Origin: Gaiellales bacterium
Lineage (GTDB): Bacteria > Actinomycetota > Thermoleophilia > Gaiellales > Gaiellaceae
DNA length: 64,000 nt
NCBI GenBank assembly: GCA_038214705.1
Contig: JBBQRN010000003.1
Coordinates: 99,853 to 163,852 of the forward strand
Reading direction: 5' to 3'
The translations under genes and the position numbers were made by a program. The notes under the pieces are model-generated. The model worked only from the letters and a program-made list of their open reading frames with translations, was not told the origin of the DNA and searched no databases. Every line of letters begins with the position of its first letter. Within the stretch, counting starts at the first letter, position 1. Shown piece by piece: positions 48,253 to 56,468 of the stretch.

Positions 48253-49209
48253 TCAGCCGCCGGCGGCGCTGAGCGCTTCGTGCCGTTGCGCGCTCAGATA
48301 GCGCTCGGCGTCGAGCGCTGCGGCGCACCCGGACCCGGCCGCGGTGACCGCTTGCCGGTAGGTGTGATCCTGGACGTCGCCGGCGGCGAACACGCCCGGA
48401 ATGTTCGTCTCGGTGGACTTGCCCCGCGTGACGAGGTACCCCGTGTCCTCCTCGTGGTCGAGCTGCTCGAGGAAGAGCGCCGTGTTGGGATCGTGGCCGA
48501 TCGCGACGAAGAAGCCGTCGGTCTCGATCTCGCTGAGCTCGCCCGTGACGGTGTCGCGAAGCCTCATGCCGGTCACCTTCACGTCGCCGAGTACCTCCTC
48601 GGGAACCTTGTTGAGCACGAGCTCGATCTTCTCGTCGGCGATTGCCCGGTCGACCATGATCTGGGAGGCGCGAAATTTCTCACGCCGGTGGACGAGGTAG
48701 ACCTTGCTCGCGAAGCGACTGATGAACGTTGCCTCCTCCAGAGCCGAGTCGCCGCCCCCGACGACCGCCACGACCTTCTCGCGGAAGAACGATGCATCGC
48801 AGGTGGCGCAGTACGAGACGCCACGGCCCTGGAGGCGCAGCTCGGACTCGAGCCCGAGCTGGCGGGCGCTTGCGCCGGTGGCGACGATGACGCTGTCGGC
48901 CACGTACTCGTCCTTGCCGACGTAGACGCGGAACGGCCGCTCCGACAAGTCGACACGCGTGACGTCGTCGGTCAGGAACTCGGCACCGAAGCGCTCGGCC
49001 TGGCGACGGAAGTCCTGCATCATCGCGGGCCCCATCACGCCGTCGGCGTAGCCGGGGTAGTTCTCGACGTCGGAGGTGATCATCAGCTGGCCGCCCCAGT
49101 TGAACCCCTCGATCACGAGCGGGTGCAGGTTGGCGCGAGCCGAGTAGAGCGCCGCCGTGTATCCGGCGGGGCCGCCTCCGATGATGATCACGTTGCGTAC
49201 GTCGCTCAA
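48253..49209 (-). CDS. trxB: Thioredoxin-disulfide reductase
   Basis: IIGGGPAGYTAA, VSYCATCD, VGGGDSALEE, FAAGDV. Confidence 0.97.
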   Translation of the reverse strand: MSDVRNVIIIGGGPAGYTAALYSARANLHPLVIEGFNWGGQLMITSDVENYPGYADGVMGPAMMQDFRRQAERFGAEFLTDDVTRVDLSERPFRVYVGKDEYVADSVIVATGASARQLGLESELRLQGRGVSYCATCDASFFREKVVAVVGGGDSALEEATFISRFASKVYLVHRREKFRASQIMVDRAIADEKIELVLNKVPEEVLGDVKVTGMRLRDTVTGELSEIETDGFFVAIGHDPNTALFLEQLDHEEDTGYLVTRGKSTETNIPGVFAAGDVQDHTYRQAVTAAGSGCAAALDAERYLSAQRHEALSAAGG

Positions 49210-49408
49210 GGTCCCCTCAGCTCCTCAGTCCCCGTTTTCAGCGATTCGTTACTGCTCGTTCGAGATCTCGTTCCTACCGTAGTCAACGTCGAGGCCGTTC
49301 ACGGTGTTCCTTCGCTCGTCACGAGATAGAGATGTAGAGGGAGAGACCTGTCTCTACCCTTCTCGAACGGCACTCATTTGCAGAATCCGCCGGGGCGGCA
49401 GCAAACAC

Positions 49409-50665
49409 CTAGGCAGCGCTGGCGTCGCCGGCCAGCACCTCGAGCGGTACCGGCGCCGTGTCTGCCACGAGCTCCTGCGCGCTCAGCGTCCGTGTCTGGC
49501 GCTCGATCGGCACGAGCTCGGGAGGCTCGACGCCGGTGATCCCGAGCTGCTCGAAGCGCCGGGCTTGCGGCAGCACCTGCCGCTCGAGCGACCCGACCGT
49601 CTCGTTGTATGACTTGACCGCGCCGTCGAGCGTGCGGCCGAGCTTCGACATGTGCGCACCCATCGTCGAGAGCCGCTTGTAGAGCTCACGGCCGAGATCG
49701 CTGATCTGCCTCGCCCCTTCGGCGATCGTCTCCTGCTGCCAGCCGTAGTGAACTGCGCGCAGGAGCCCGATCAGGTTCGTCGGCGTTGCAGGAATGACGT
49801 TGTTCGACAGGGCCAGCTCGTGCAGGGACGGATCGACGTCGAGCGCCGCGAGCCAGGACGACTCGTCGTGCAGGAACATGACCACGAACTCGGGCGTCGC
49901 CGGCAGCTGCCGCCAGTACGCCTTCTGTCCGAGCGACTGGATATGCGTCCGTACCTGACGTGCGTGGTCGGCGAGCCCGGCCCGCCGTGCCTCTTCGTCG
50001 GCCCCCTCCTGGTGCGCGGAGAGATAGCCGGCGAGCGACACCTTTGAGTCGATCACGATCGACTTGCCGCCCGGCAGCTTCACGATCACGTCGGGCCGAA
50101 GCAGGCGGCCGTCTTCGCCGGCAACCGTCTGCTGCTCGTCGAAGTCGCAGTACGAGAGCATGCCGGCCATCTCGATCACACGCTTGAGCTGGATCTCGCC
50201 CCATTGCCCGCGCACCTGTGAATCGCCGCGCAAGGCGCTGACGAGGTTTCCGGTCTGCAGGCGGAGCCCTTCGTGGGCCGATCGGACGATCTCGAGCTCC
50301 TTGTGGATCTCACCGTAGGCGCGCTGCCGTTGCTGCTCCATCAGGTTGACGTTCGTCTCCACTTTCTCAAGCGACTTCTTCAGCGGCTCGACGAACACGC
50401 CGAGGCGGCCCAACGCCTGTTCGGTGAAGGTGTTTGCGTTGTCGCGTAGAGCCTCGGTCGAGATCGCCTTGATAGCGGCCTCCACACGCGTGTCGAAGGC
50501 ACCTCTTTCGGCAGTCAGCGCCCCCTGCGTCTCGGCCAGCTCCTGCCGGGCTTCGCGCGCCTCGCGGGTCGCGAAATCGCGTTCGTGTAGGGCCCGCCGG
50601 ACCGCAATCAGGTAGACGCCGGCGGCGCCTGCCACGAGCCCGATCAGGAGTGCAACGATGGCCAT
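49409..50665 (-). CDS. rmuC: DNA recombination protein RmuC
   Basis: RGQWGE.QL, RPDVIV.LPG, IDSK, PEFVVMF; N-terminal TM. Confidence 0.93.
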   Translation of the reverse strand: MAIVALLIGLVAGAAGVYLIAVRRALHERDFATREAREARQELAETQGALTAERGAFDTRVEAAIKAISTEALRDNANTFTEQALGRLGVFVEPLKKSLEKVETNVNLMEQQRQRAYGEIHKELEIVRSAHEGLRLQTGNLVSALRGDSQVRGQWGEIQLKRVIEMAGMLSYCDFDEQQTVAGEDGRLLRPDVIVKLPGGKSIVIDSKVSLAGYLSAHQEGADEEARRAGLADHARQVRTHIQSLGQKAYWRQLPATPEFVVMFLHDESSWLAALDVDPSLHELALSNNVIPATPTNLIGLLRAVHYGWQQETIAEGARQISDLGRELYKRLSTMGAHMSKLGRTLDGAVKSYNETVGSLERQVLPQARRFEQLGITGVEPPELVPIERQTRTLSAQELVADTAPVPLEVLAGDASAA

Positions 50666-50735
50666 GAGGGCGACGAACGGTAGTCCTCCTACCGGACGGT
50701 GCCCGACCGCCGCCCCGCTCGCTACGATCTCGCAG

Positions 50736-51419
50736 ATGCCGCCGACCCCACGTCCTCAGGGCCCGAAGAAGACCAACGTCAAGGTGCCGTCGGTCGGCGG
50801 GGACGGCTCGAACCGCCGCCTGCTCGCGATTCTCGGCGCCGTCGGCATCGTCATCGTCGCGGTTGCGCTCGGGTACGTTCTCTTCGGCGGCGGTGGCGGC
50901 AACTCGTCGTCCGACCCCGTCAAGCAACTCGAGGCCGCCGGCTGCACGGTCCAGGTCGTGAAGTCGCTCAAGGCGGGCGATCACTCGGTCCTGACGCCGA
51001 ACGGAACGTCGACGAAGTGGAACACCTCGCCGCCGACGAGCGGCCCGCACTATCAGTCTGCGGCGATCTGGGGTGCTTACACCGAGGCGCTGAACCAGGC
51101 GCAGGTCGTTCACAACCTCGAGCATGGCGGCATCTTCATCCAGTACGGGCCGGCTGTGCCGAAGGCGACCGTCGCGGAATTGAAGGGCTTCTACGACGCC
51201 CACGTCAACGGGACGCTGCTCGCCCCGCTGCCGAGCCTCGGTTCGAAGATCGCCCTCGGTGCGTGGGTCACGAAGAGCGCCACCGCGGGCGACGTCGGCA
51301 AGGCGTACCTCGCAAAGTGCACGACCTTCGACGAGCAGGCCTTTGCCACGTTCTTCACTGCCAACCAGTTCCAGGGTCCCGAGCGTTTCCCGGCCTCGTC
51401 GCTCACTCCCGGCAGCTAG
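50736..51419 (+). CDS. DUF3105 domain membrane-anchored protein
   Basis: PPTSGPHY, VHNLEHGG, LGAW; TACGAT 7 nt before ATG. Confidence 0.88.
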   Translation: MPPTPRPQGPKKTNVKVPSVGGDGSNRRLLAILGAVGIVIVAVALGYVLFGGGGGNSSSDPVKQLEAAGCTVQVVKSLKAGDHSVLTPNGTSTKWNTSPPTSGPHYQSAAIWGAYTEALNQAQVVHNLEHGGIFIQYGPAVPKATVAELKGFYDAHVNGTLLAPLPSLGSKIALGAWVTKSATAGDVGKAYLAKCTTFDEQAFATFFTANQFQGPERFPASSLTPGS

Positions 51420-51440
51420 CCGGTTTCGCGCGGCAAACGC

Positions 51441-51580
51441 AGGGCGACACAGGCGTCGCCCTACAGGGCGGTCGATGTGCACCGTTCCGGGTTGTTGTTT
51501 GGGGGGGCGAGACCCGTCTCGCCCTCGGCCACCCACCTTTCTGGGCAGGGAGGGCTCACAGGGAACCGTGGGTTCCCGGC
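51441..51580. repeat. Cluster of REP-like hairpins between DUF3105 and tRNA-Leu
   Basis: GTAG-type AGGGCGACACAGGCGTCGCCCTAC (51441-51464); GGGCGAGACCCGTCTCGCCC (51505-51524); GGGAACCGTGGGTTCCC. Confidence 0.65.
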
Positions 51581-51611
51581 TTCAGGATCACGCGAAGCGT
51601 GCAAGAGATGT

Positions 51612-51662
51612 GCACTTGTGAAAGTCGCGATAGCCTTTCCCCATCGCGACTTTCACAAGTGC
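51612..51662. repeat. 20-bp perfect inverted repeat overlapping the tRNA-Leu 3' end
   Basis: GCACTTGTGAAAGTCGCGAT (51612-51631), 11-nt loop, ATCGCGACTTTCACAAGTGC (51643-51662). Confidence 0.9.
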
Positions 51663-51744
51663 CGGGGCTGGGACTCGAACCCAGACGGCCCGAAGGCCAC
51701 CCGATTTTAAGTCGGGCGCGTATGACCAGTTTCGCCACCCCGGC
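51660..51744 (-). tRNA. tRNA-Leu (TAA)
   Basis: GCCGGGG acceptor, CCCGA-CTTAAAA-TCGGG anticodon arm, long variable arm, GGTTCGAGTCC; CCA not encoded. Confidence 0.95.
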
Positions 51745-51797
51745 CGGGGATCGGAGTGTAGAGGCTTGCCCGGGTCGCTCTGTAGACTGCGCGCGCC

Positions 51798-53084
51798 ATG
51801 GCGAGCATCCACGAAGCCGACGTGCACGGGCCGCTCGAGTGGGATTCCCCTCTCTATCGCACCGCGATTGCCCAGTACGACCAGGCCGTGCCACATGCGA
51901 ACATCGATCCGGATGTCGCGGAGCGGCTTCGCTACCCGGAGCGGGCGTTCATCGTCAGCTGCCCGGTGCGCCTCGACTCGGGCCGGCGAACCGTCTTCGC
52001 CGGCTACCGCGTGCAGCACTCGAGCGTCCTCGGCCCGACCAAGGGTGGGATCCGCTACGACAGCGAGGTCACCCTCGGCGAGTGTGCGGCGCTCGCGGTG
52101 TGGATGACGTGGAAGTGCGCGCTGTTGCGCCTGCCCTACGGTGGCGCCAAGGGTGGCGTCCGCTGCAGTCCGCGCGAGATGTCCCTGGGAGAGCTGGAGC
52201 GCCTCACGCGCCGCTTCACCTCGGAGCTCCTACCGATCATCGGCCCGAAGGAGGACATTCCGGCGCCGGACATGGCGACGAACGAGCAGACGATGGCCTG
52301 GATGATGGACACGTATTCGGCCCAGAAGGGTCACGCCGTACCCGAGATCGTGACGGGAAAGCCGATCTCGATCGGCGGTTCGGTGTTCCGCCACGAGGCG
52401 ACGGGAGCAGGCGTCGTGATGACGATCGCGCGCGCCTGCGAGCGGCTCGGCTGGAAGCTCGCCGATCAGCGCTGCGTCGTGCAGGGCTTCGGCAACGTCG
52501 GCGGGATCGCGGCGCAGGAACTCGTCGACCGTGGCGCCACGGTGATGGCCGTCTCCGACGTGTCCGGCGGCGTGTACGACCCGGCCGGGCTCGATATCCC
52601 GACGATGAGCGCCTATGCAAAGGAGCACGGCTCGCTCGAAGGTTGGGCGATCGGCGCGCGGATCACGAATGAGGAGCTGCTCGAGCTGCCCTGTGACATC
52701 CTCGTCCTTGCCGCACGCGAGAACCAGGTGACGTTCGAGAATGCGCCTCGGCTGCAGTGCCGCCTGATCGCCGAGGGTGCCAACGGGCCGATTTCGCTCA
52801 CGGCGGACTCGATCCTGAGCGAGCGCGCGATCCCGATCCTGCCGGACATTCTCACCAACGCGGGTGGCGTCACCGTGTCGTATTTCGAGTGGGTGCAGGA
52901 TCTCGGCCGCCTCTTCTGGGGCCGTGACGAGATCCGCTCGAAGCTGGCCGAGAAGCTCAACGACGCCTTCGACCGCGTCTGGGACGTCTCGACCGAGAAG
53001 GACCTGACGCTGCGCACCTCGGCGCTCGTCGCCGGGATCCGCGACGTCGGTGCGGCGCTCGAGGCCAGAGGTCTATACCCGTGA
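51798..53084 (+). CDS. gdhA: Glu/Leu/Phe/Val dehydrogenase (glutamate dehydrogenase)
   Basis: GPTKGGIRY, MTWKCA, GGAKGG, DIPAPD, QGFGNVG, EGANGP, NAGGVTVSYFEW. Confidence 0.95.
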   Translation: MASIHEADVHGPLEWDSPLYRTAIAQYDQAVPHANIDPDVAERLRYPERAFIVSCPVRLDSGRRTVFAGYRVQHSSVLGPTKGGIRYDSEVTLGECAALAVWMTWKCALLRLPYGGAKGGVRCSPREMSLGELERLTRRFTSELLPIIGPKEDIPAPDMATNEQTMAWMMDTYSAQKGHAVPEIVTGKPISIGGSVFRHEATGAGVVMTIARACERLGWKLADQRCVVQGFGNVGGIAAQELVDRGATVMAVSDVSGGVYDPAGLDIPTMSAYAKEHGSLEGWAIGARITNEELLELPCDILVLAARENQVTFENAPRLQCRLIAEGANGPISLTADSILSERAIPILPDILTNAGGVTVSYFEWVQDLGRLFWGRDEIRSKLAEKLNDAFDRVWDVSTEKDLTLRTSALVAGIRDVGAALEARGLYP

Positions 53085-53494
53085 CGACCCAGCTCGTCCG
53101 CGACGCGATGATCACCGAGCCGCGGTCGTTGCCCGGTACGGCGTCCGCGCAGGAGGCGGGACAGGTGTTGACCCCACCTGAGGTGCGCGCTGTCTATGTC
53201 GTCGATCCCGACGGCGGACTGACGGGCGTGCTGACGCGCAAGACGCTCGTCGCCAAGGTCGTCGCGGCCGGCCTCGATCCGGCGACGACAGCGATCGAGC
53301 TACTCGCCGAGCAGCCCTACTACACGATCGACGCCGACACGCCCCTCGACGAGGCGTTCCACTTCCTCGAGGAGCACGACGCCGAGCGCGTGCCGGTGGT
53401 GGAGCATGGCCGGCTCGTCGGGGTGCTCTCGCGCAGCGTCCTCCAACGGCGCCTGGCCGAGGACGAAGAGCCGGAGACCGCGGCGGACGACTGA
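53081..53494 (+). CDS. CBS-pair domain protein
   Basis: Two CBS repeats; coupled to gdhA. Confidence 0.88.
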   Translation: MTTQLVRDAMITEPRSLPGTASAQEAGQVLTPPEVRAVYVVDPDGGLTGVLTRKTLVAKVVAAGLDPATTAIELLAEQPYYTIDADTPLDEAFHFLEEHDAERVPVVEHGRLVGVLSRSVLQRRLAEDEEPETAADD

Positions 53495-53547
53495 GCGCGG
53501 AACTGCGGGTACGACAGAAGCCTCACCCGCAGTGGTACGGTCGCGCC

Positions 53548-54531
53548 ATGCTTCGCCTCGCCGAGATCCTGCTCGAGCCGCGGCCCACCGACGCGTGGGC
53601 GCAGCTGCGCCAGCTCGGGATCGACGAAGCCGTGGGAGTGCTCCCTCGCGGCGCGATCGACTGGCGCGCGCATGCCCCTGAGCAACCCTGGGAGTACGGC
53701 CCCCTCGCCCTCTACCGGCAGCTCGTCGAGGATGCAGGCTTCCGCCTCACCGTGATCGAGGACAACCCCCCCATGGATCGGCTCCGCCTCGGCCTTCCGG
53801 GCCGCGAGGAGGAGCTCGAGGCGGTGCTCGAATTGCTCCGGATGATGGGGAAACTCGAGATCGAGGTGCTCTGTTACAACTGGATGCCGATCGTCTCCTG
53901 GTCGCGCACGTCGGTCGCGCTACCCGGTCGTGGCGGCGCGGAGGTGAGCGGGTTCGACGCGCGGGTGTGGGAAGGCGGGCCGCTGGCCCCGGGTGCTCCG
54001 GTCGCCGAGGAGCTGCTGTGGGAGACACTCGCCTGGTTCCTGGAGCGCGCGGTGCCGGTCGCCGAGGAGGCTGGTGTGCGCCTGGCGCTCCATCCCGACG
54101 ACCCGCCGCTCTCACCGGTTCGTGGGGTCGGGCGGATCATCCGCTCGCTCGACGCCTACGACCGCGTCTTCGAGCTGCAGCCGAGTCCCACGAACGGGAT
54201 GACGATGTGCCAGGGCAACGTCGCGCTGATGACCGACGACCTCCCGGCGGCAATCCGGCAATTCGGCGCCGCGGGGCGGATTCATTTCGTGCATTTCAGG
54301 GACGTCCGCGGCACGCCCGATCGGTTCGTCGAGACCTTCGTCGACGAGGGCCCCACCGATATGGCGGAGTGCATTCGCGCCTATCTCGACGCGGGTGTCG
54401 ACGCCCCGCTGCGTACCGACCACTCGCCGACCCTTGCCGGCGATGTCGCCCCGGTCGCGGGCTATCCGACCCTGGGTCGCCTGCACGCCATCGGCTACGT
54501 GCAGGGCCTGCTCGCCGCCTGCCAGACCTGA
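53548..54531 (+). CDS. uxuA: Mannonate dehydratase
   Basis: CYNWMP, LALHPDDPP, TMCQG, HFVHFRDV, RTDHSP. Confidence 0.9.
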   Translation: MLRLAEILLEPRPTDAWAQLRQLGIDEAVGVLPRGAIDWRAHAPEQPWEYGPLALYRQLVEDAGFRLTVIEDNPPMDRLRLGLPGREEELEAVLELLRMMGKLEIEVLCYNWMPIVSWSRTSVALPGRGGAEVSGFDARVWEGGPLAPGAPVAEELLWETLAWFLERAVPVAEEAGVRLALHPDDPPLSPVRGVGRIIRSLDAYDRVFELQPSPTNGMTMCQGNVALMTDDLPAAIRQFGAAGRIHFVHFRDVRGTPDRFVETFVDEGPTDMAECIRAYLDAGVDAPLRTDHSPTLAGDVAPVAGYPTLGRLHAIGYVQGLLAACQT

Positions 54532-54543
54532 CCGACGGGATGC

Positions 54544-54561
54544 GGTGTCAGGTCTTGCATT
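54544..54561. repeat. Single arm of the TGTCAGGTCTTGCATT repeat family
   Basis: 18-nt identity to 14570-14587; between convergent uxuA and def. Confidence 0.75.
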
Positions 54562-54646
54562 GACGCGTCCGCGGCGTGGGGAGGCCTGCGTGTCGTGGAC
54601 ACGGTCGCTCTCCAGCAACTCCATCGAGCAAGGGCACCGGCGCTGC

Positions 54647-55234
54647 TCAGTCGATCGGCTCGTCGGGATAGCGCTCGAGCAGCGGTTGAATGCTCTCGAG
54701 CCAGCCCCGCTCGCGATAGGCCCGAAACATCTCCCAGGTGCAGAGCGTCGCCGGATCCTCGACCCGGTCGGGGAAGAGGACACCGTCGAGGTGGTCGAGC
54801 TCGTGCTGCATCGTGCCGGCGCTGAGGCCACCGAAGCGCTCGACGTGCTCGGCGCCTTCGGGGTCGAGGTACGTCACCTCGACCTCGGTGAAACGAGGCA
54901 GGAGGCCACGCAGGTTCGGGATCGAGAGGCAGCCCTCGTAGCTCGGGTGCGTCTCGCCGCCGACGGGGCGGACGACCGGGTTGACGAGGACGCGCAGGCC
55001 AAGCCGCGGCTTATAGGGGTAGCGTGGATTGTCGCCCACCTCGACGGCGAAGATCCGCAGCGGAACATCCACCTGCTGGGCCGCGAGGCCCGCGCCGTTC
55101 GCGGCGCGCATCGTGTCGACGAGGTCGTTGCAGAGCTGCGCGAGCCCCGGTGACCCGAGCTCGGCCTCAGGCACCTCGCGCGCTCGCGTCCGCAGCGCGG
55201 GGTGGCCGATCTCGACGATCGTGAGCGGCGCCAC
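54647..55234 (-). CDS. def: Peptide deformylase
   Basis: GAGLAAQQ, EGCLS, QHELDHLDG; GTG start 55234. Confidence 0.94.
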   Translation of the reverse strand: MAPLTIVEIGHPALRTRAREVPEAELGSPGLAQLCNDLVDTMRAANGAGLAAQQVDVPLRIFAVEVGDNPRYPYKPRLGLRVLVNPVVRPVGGETHPSYEGCLSIPNLRGLLPRFTEVEVTYLDPEGAEHVERFGGLSAGTMQHELDHLDGVLFPDRVEDPATLCTWEMFRAYRERGWLESIQPLLERYPDEPID

Positions 55235-55309
55235 GGGGCGACGATACCGCTGGTGCATCGTCCACGCTCCGGCAAGCCTTCCGGCATGGTCCAGATGACC
55301 ACGTCGCTG

Positions 55310-55364
55310 CTGCGAGAAGCCTCGGAGCAAGATCCTCGAGGAGCTCCGTGCCGACGAGCGGTGA
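55310..55364 (+). pseudogene. C-terminal relic of a VapB-type antitoxin
   Basis: Frame ending at TGA 55362-55364 reads PRSKILEELRADER*, with GTGA overlap into the PIN gene; no plausible start upstream. Confidence 0.5.
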
Positions 55365-55752
55365 GCGCACCCTGTACCTCGCCTCCCAGGCAATCGTCGA
55401 GCTCGTCGTCGTAGAGGAAGAGACTGCGGCGCTGCGCGCCGCCCTCGCGTCCGTTTTCGCGCGGGTGTCGTGCACCCTCGCCCGCGTTGAGGTTGTTCGT
55501 GCTGTGAGACGCAAGGGCCTGCGCGTCGTTGCCGACGCCCGGCGCGTGCTCGAAGGCATCGAGCTGATCGAGTTGGATGACGGGCTGCTCGACCTCGCCG
55601 GCGACCTTGACGCCCCTTTGCGCGCGCTCGACGCGATCCATGTCGCAGCGGCGATTGAGCTCGGAGATCAGCTCGGGACGTCGATCACCTACGACGCGCG
55701 AATGGCCAGTCCCGCGGAAGCCCCGGGCCTGCCTGTCGCAGCGCCGGCCTGA
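55348..55752 (+). pseudogene. vapC: Degenerate PIN-domain VapC toxin
   Basis: LRALDAIHVAAA and ITYDAR motifs kept, but first catalytic Asp lost (YLASQA vs canonical YLDSSA); GTG at 55361 out of frame. Confidence 0.7.
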
Positions 55753-55758
55753 GGGCCG

Positions 55759-56076
55759 TCAGATTCCCGGCACGAACCAGAAGACCCGGCGAACCTGGGC
55801 GCGCGCGTGCCTGACGGCCGCGAGTTGGGTGTTGAGCTGCGCCCGAGAGACGGCGAGCCGCTCCGCTGCGGACTGCAGCCGCCCGGCGGCCGTCGCTGCT
55901 GCGGCCGAGTGCCGCTCGATGCTGGCCGAGACGGCGTTGATCCGGTCGAGCTCGGCACCGACTGTCTTCGAGCTGCGCTTGAAGTCCCGCCAGAACTGGA
56001 GGCCGCGGACGACAGCGAAAGCGAGTCCGGCTAGGGTGGCGATGAGCAGGATCGCGACGGAGAGCCAGAGGACCAT
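55759..56076 (-). CDS. Hypothetical membrane-anchored coiled-coil protein
   Basis: 105 aa; N-terminal TM then amphipathic helix. Confidence 0.7.
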   Translation of the reverse strand: MVLWLSVAILLIATLAGLAFAVVRGLQFWRDFKRSSKTVGAELDRINAVSASIERHSAAAATAAGRLQSAAERLAVSRAQLNTQLAAVRHARAQVRRVFWFVPGI

Positions 56077-56134
56077 GCCCGAACGCTAACAGTCCGGTCG
56101 ACCGAAACGGACGGTGCTACGATGGATGCTGCGT

Positions 56135-56208
56135 CGCGGGGTGGAGCAGTCAGGTAGCTCGCCGGGCTCATAACCCGGAGGTCGCAGGTTCAAATCCTGC
56201 CCCCGCTA
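56135..56208 (+). tRNA. Initiator tRNA-fMet (CAT)
   Basis: C1:T72 mismatch, CCGGG-CTCATAA-CCCGG anticodon arm with three G-C pairs, GGTTCAAATCC; TACGAT upstream. Confidence 0.96.
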
Positions 56209-56211
56209 CTC

Positions 56212-56237
56212 AAAAGCCCTGGTAATCAGGGCTTTTT
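56212..56237 (+). terminator. Intrinsic terminator-like hairpin after tRNA-fMet
   Basis: AAAAGCCCTG-GTAAT-CAGGGCTTTT followed by T run. Confidence 0.8.
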
Positions 56238-56263
56238 CTTTGCGTAGATCACCTCCGCAGGCA

Positions 56264-56295
56264 AACTTTTGCCCAACTTTTGCCCCAACGTTGCC
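56264..56295. repeat. Tandem 11-bp repeats (arm-type site candidates)
   Basis: AACTTTTGCCC x2 plus AACGTTGCC, about 55 nt from the att core. Confidence 0.6.
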
Positions 56296-56468
56296 GAAGA
56301 GGCCAGCTTGCCGTCTGCGATGCAGCGATGATCCTGCGTTGGGTCGACCCCCTCTTGCTATGCCCGGCGACCAAAACGATGGCCGAGCAGAGCGCCCAGA
56401 CCAATCGGCGCGCTGCTCGGGTTCGGACTCTGGAGGGCTACGAAGGCAGCTCGAACTCGGTGCTTTGG

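Noticed and set aside
51441-51662. Clustered short repeats as a possible CRISPR array
   Set aside because: Repeats are non-identical hairpins without regular spacers; no cas genes
51660-51700. tRNA-Leu as an att site
   Set aside because: No second copy of its 3' end was found in the window and flanking genes look core
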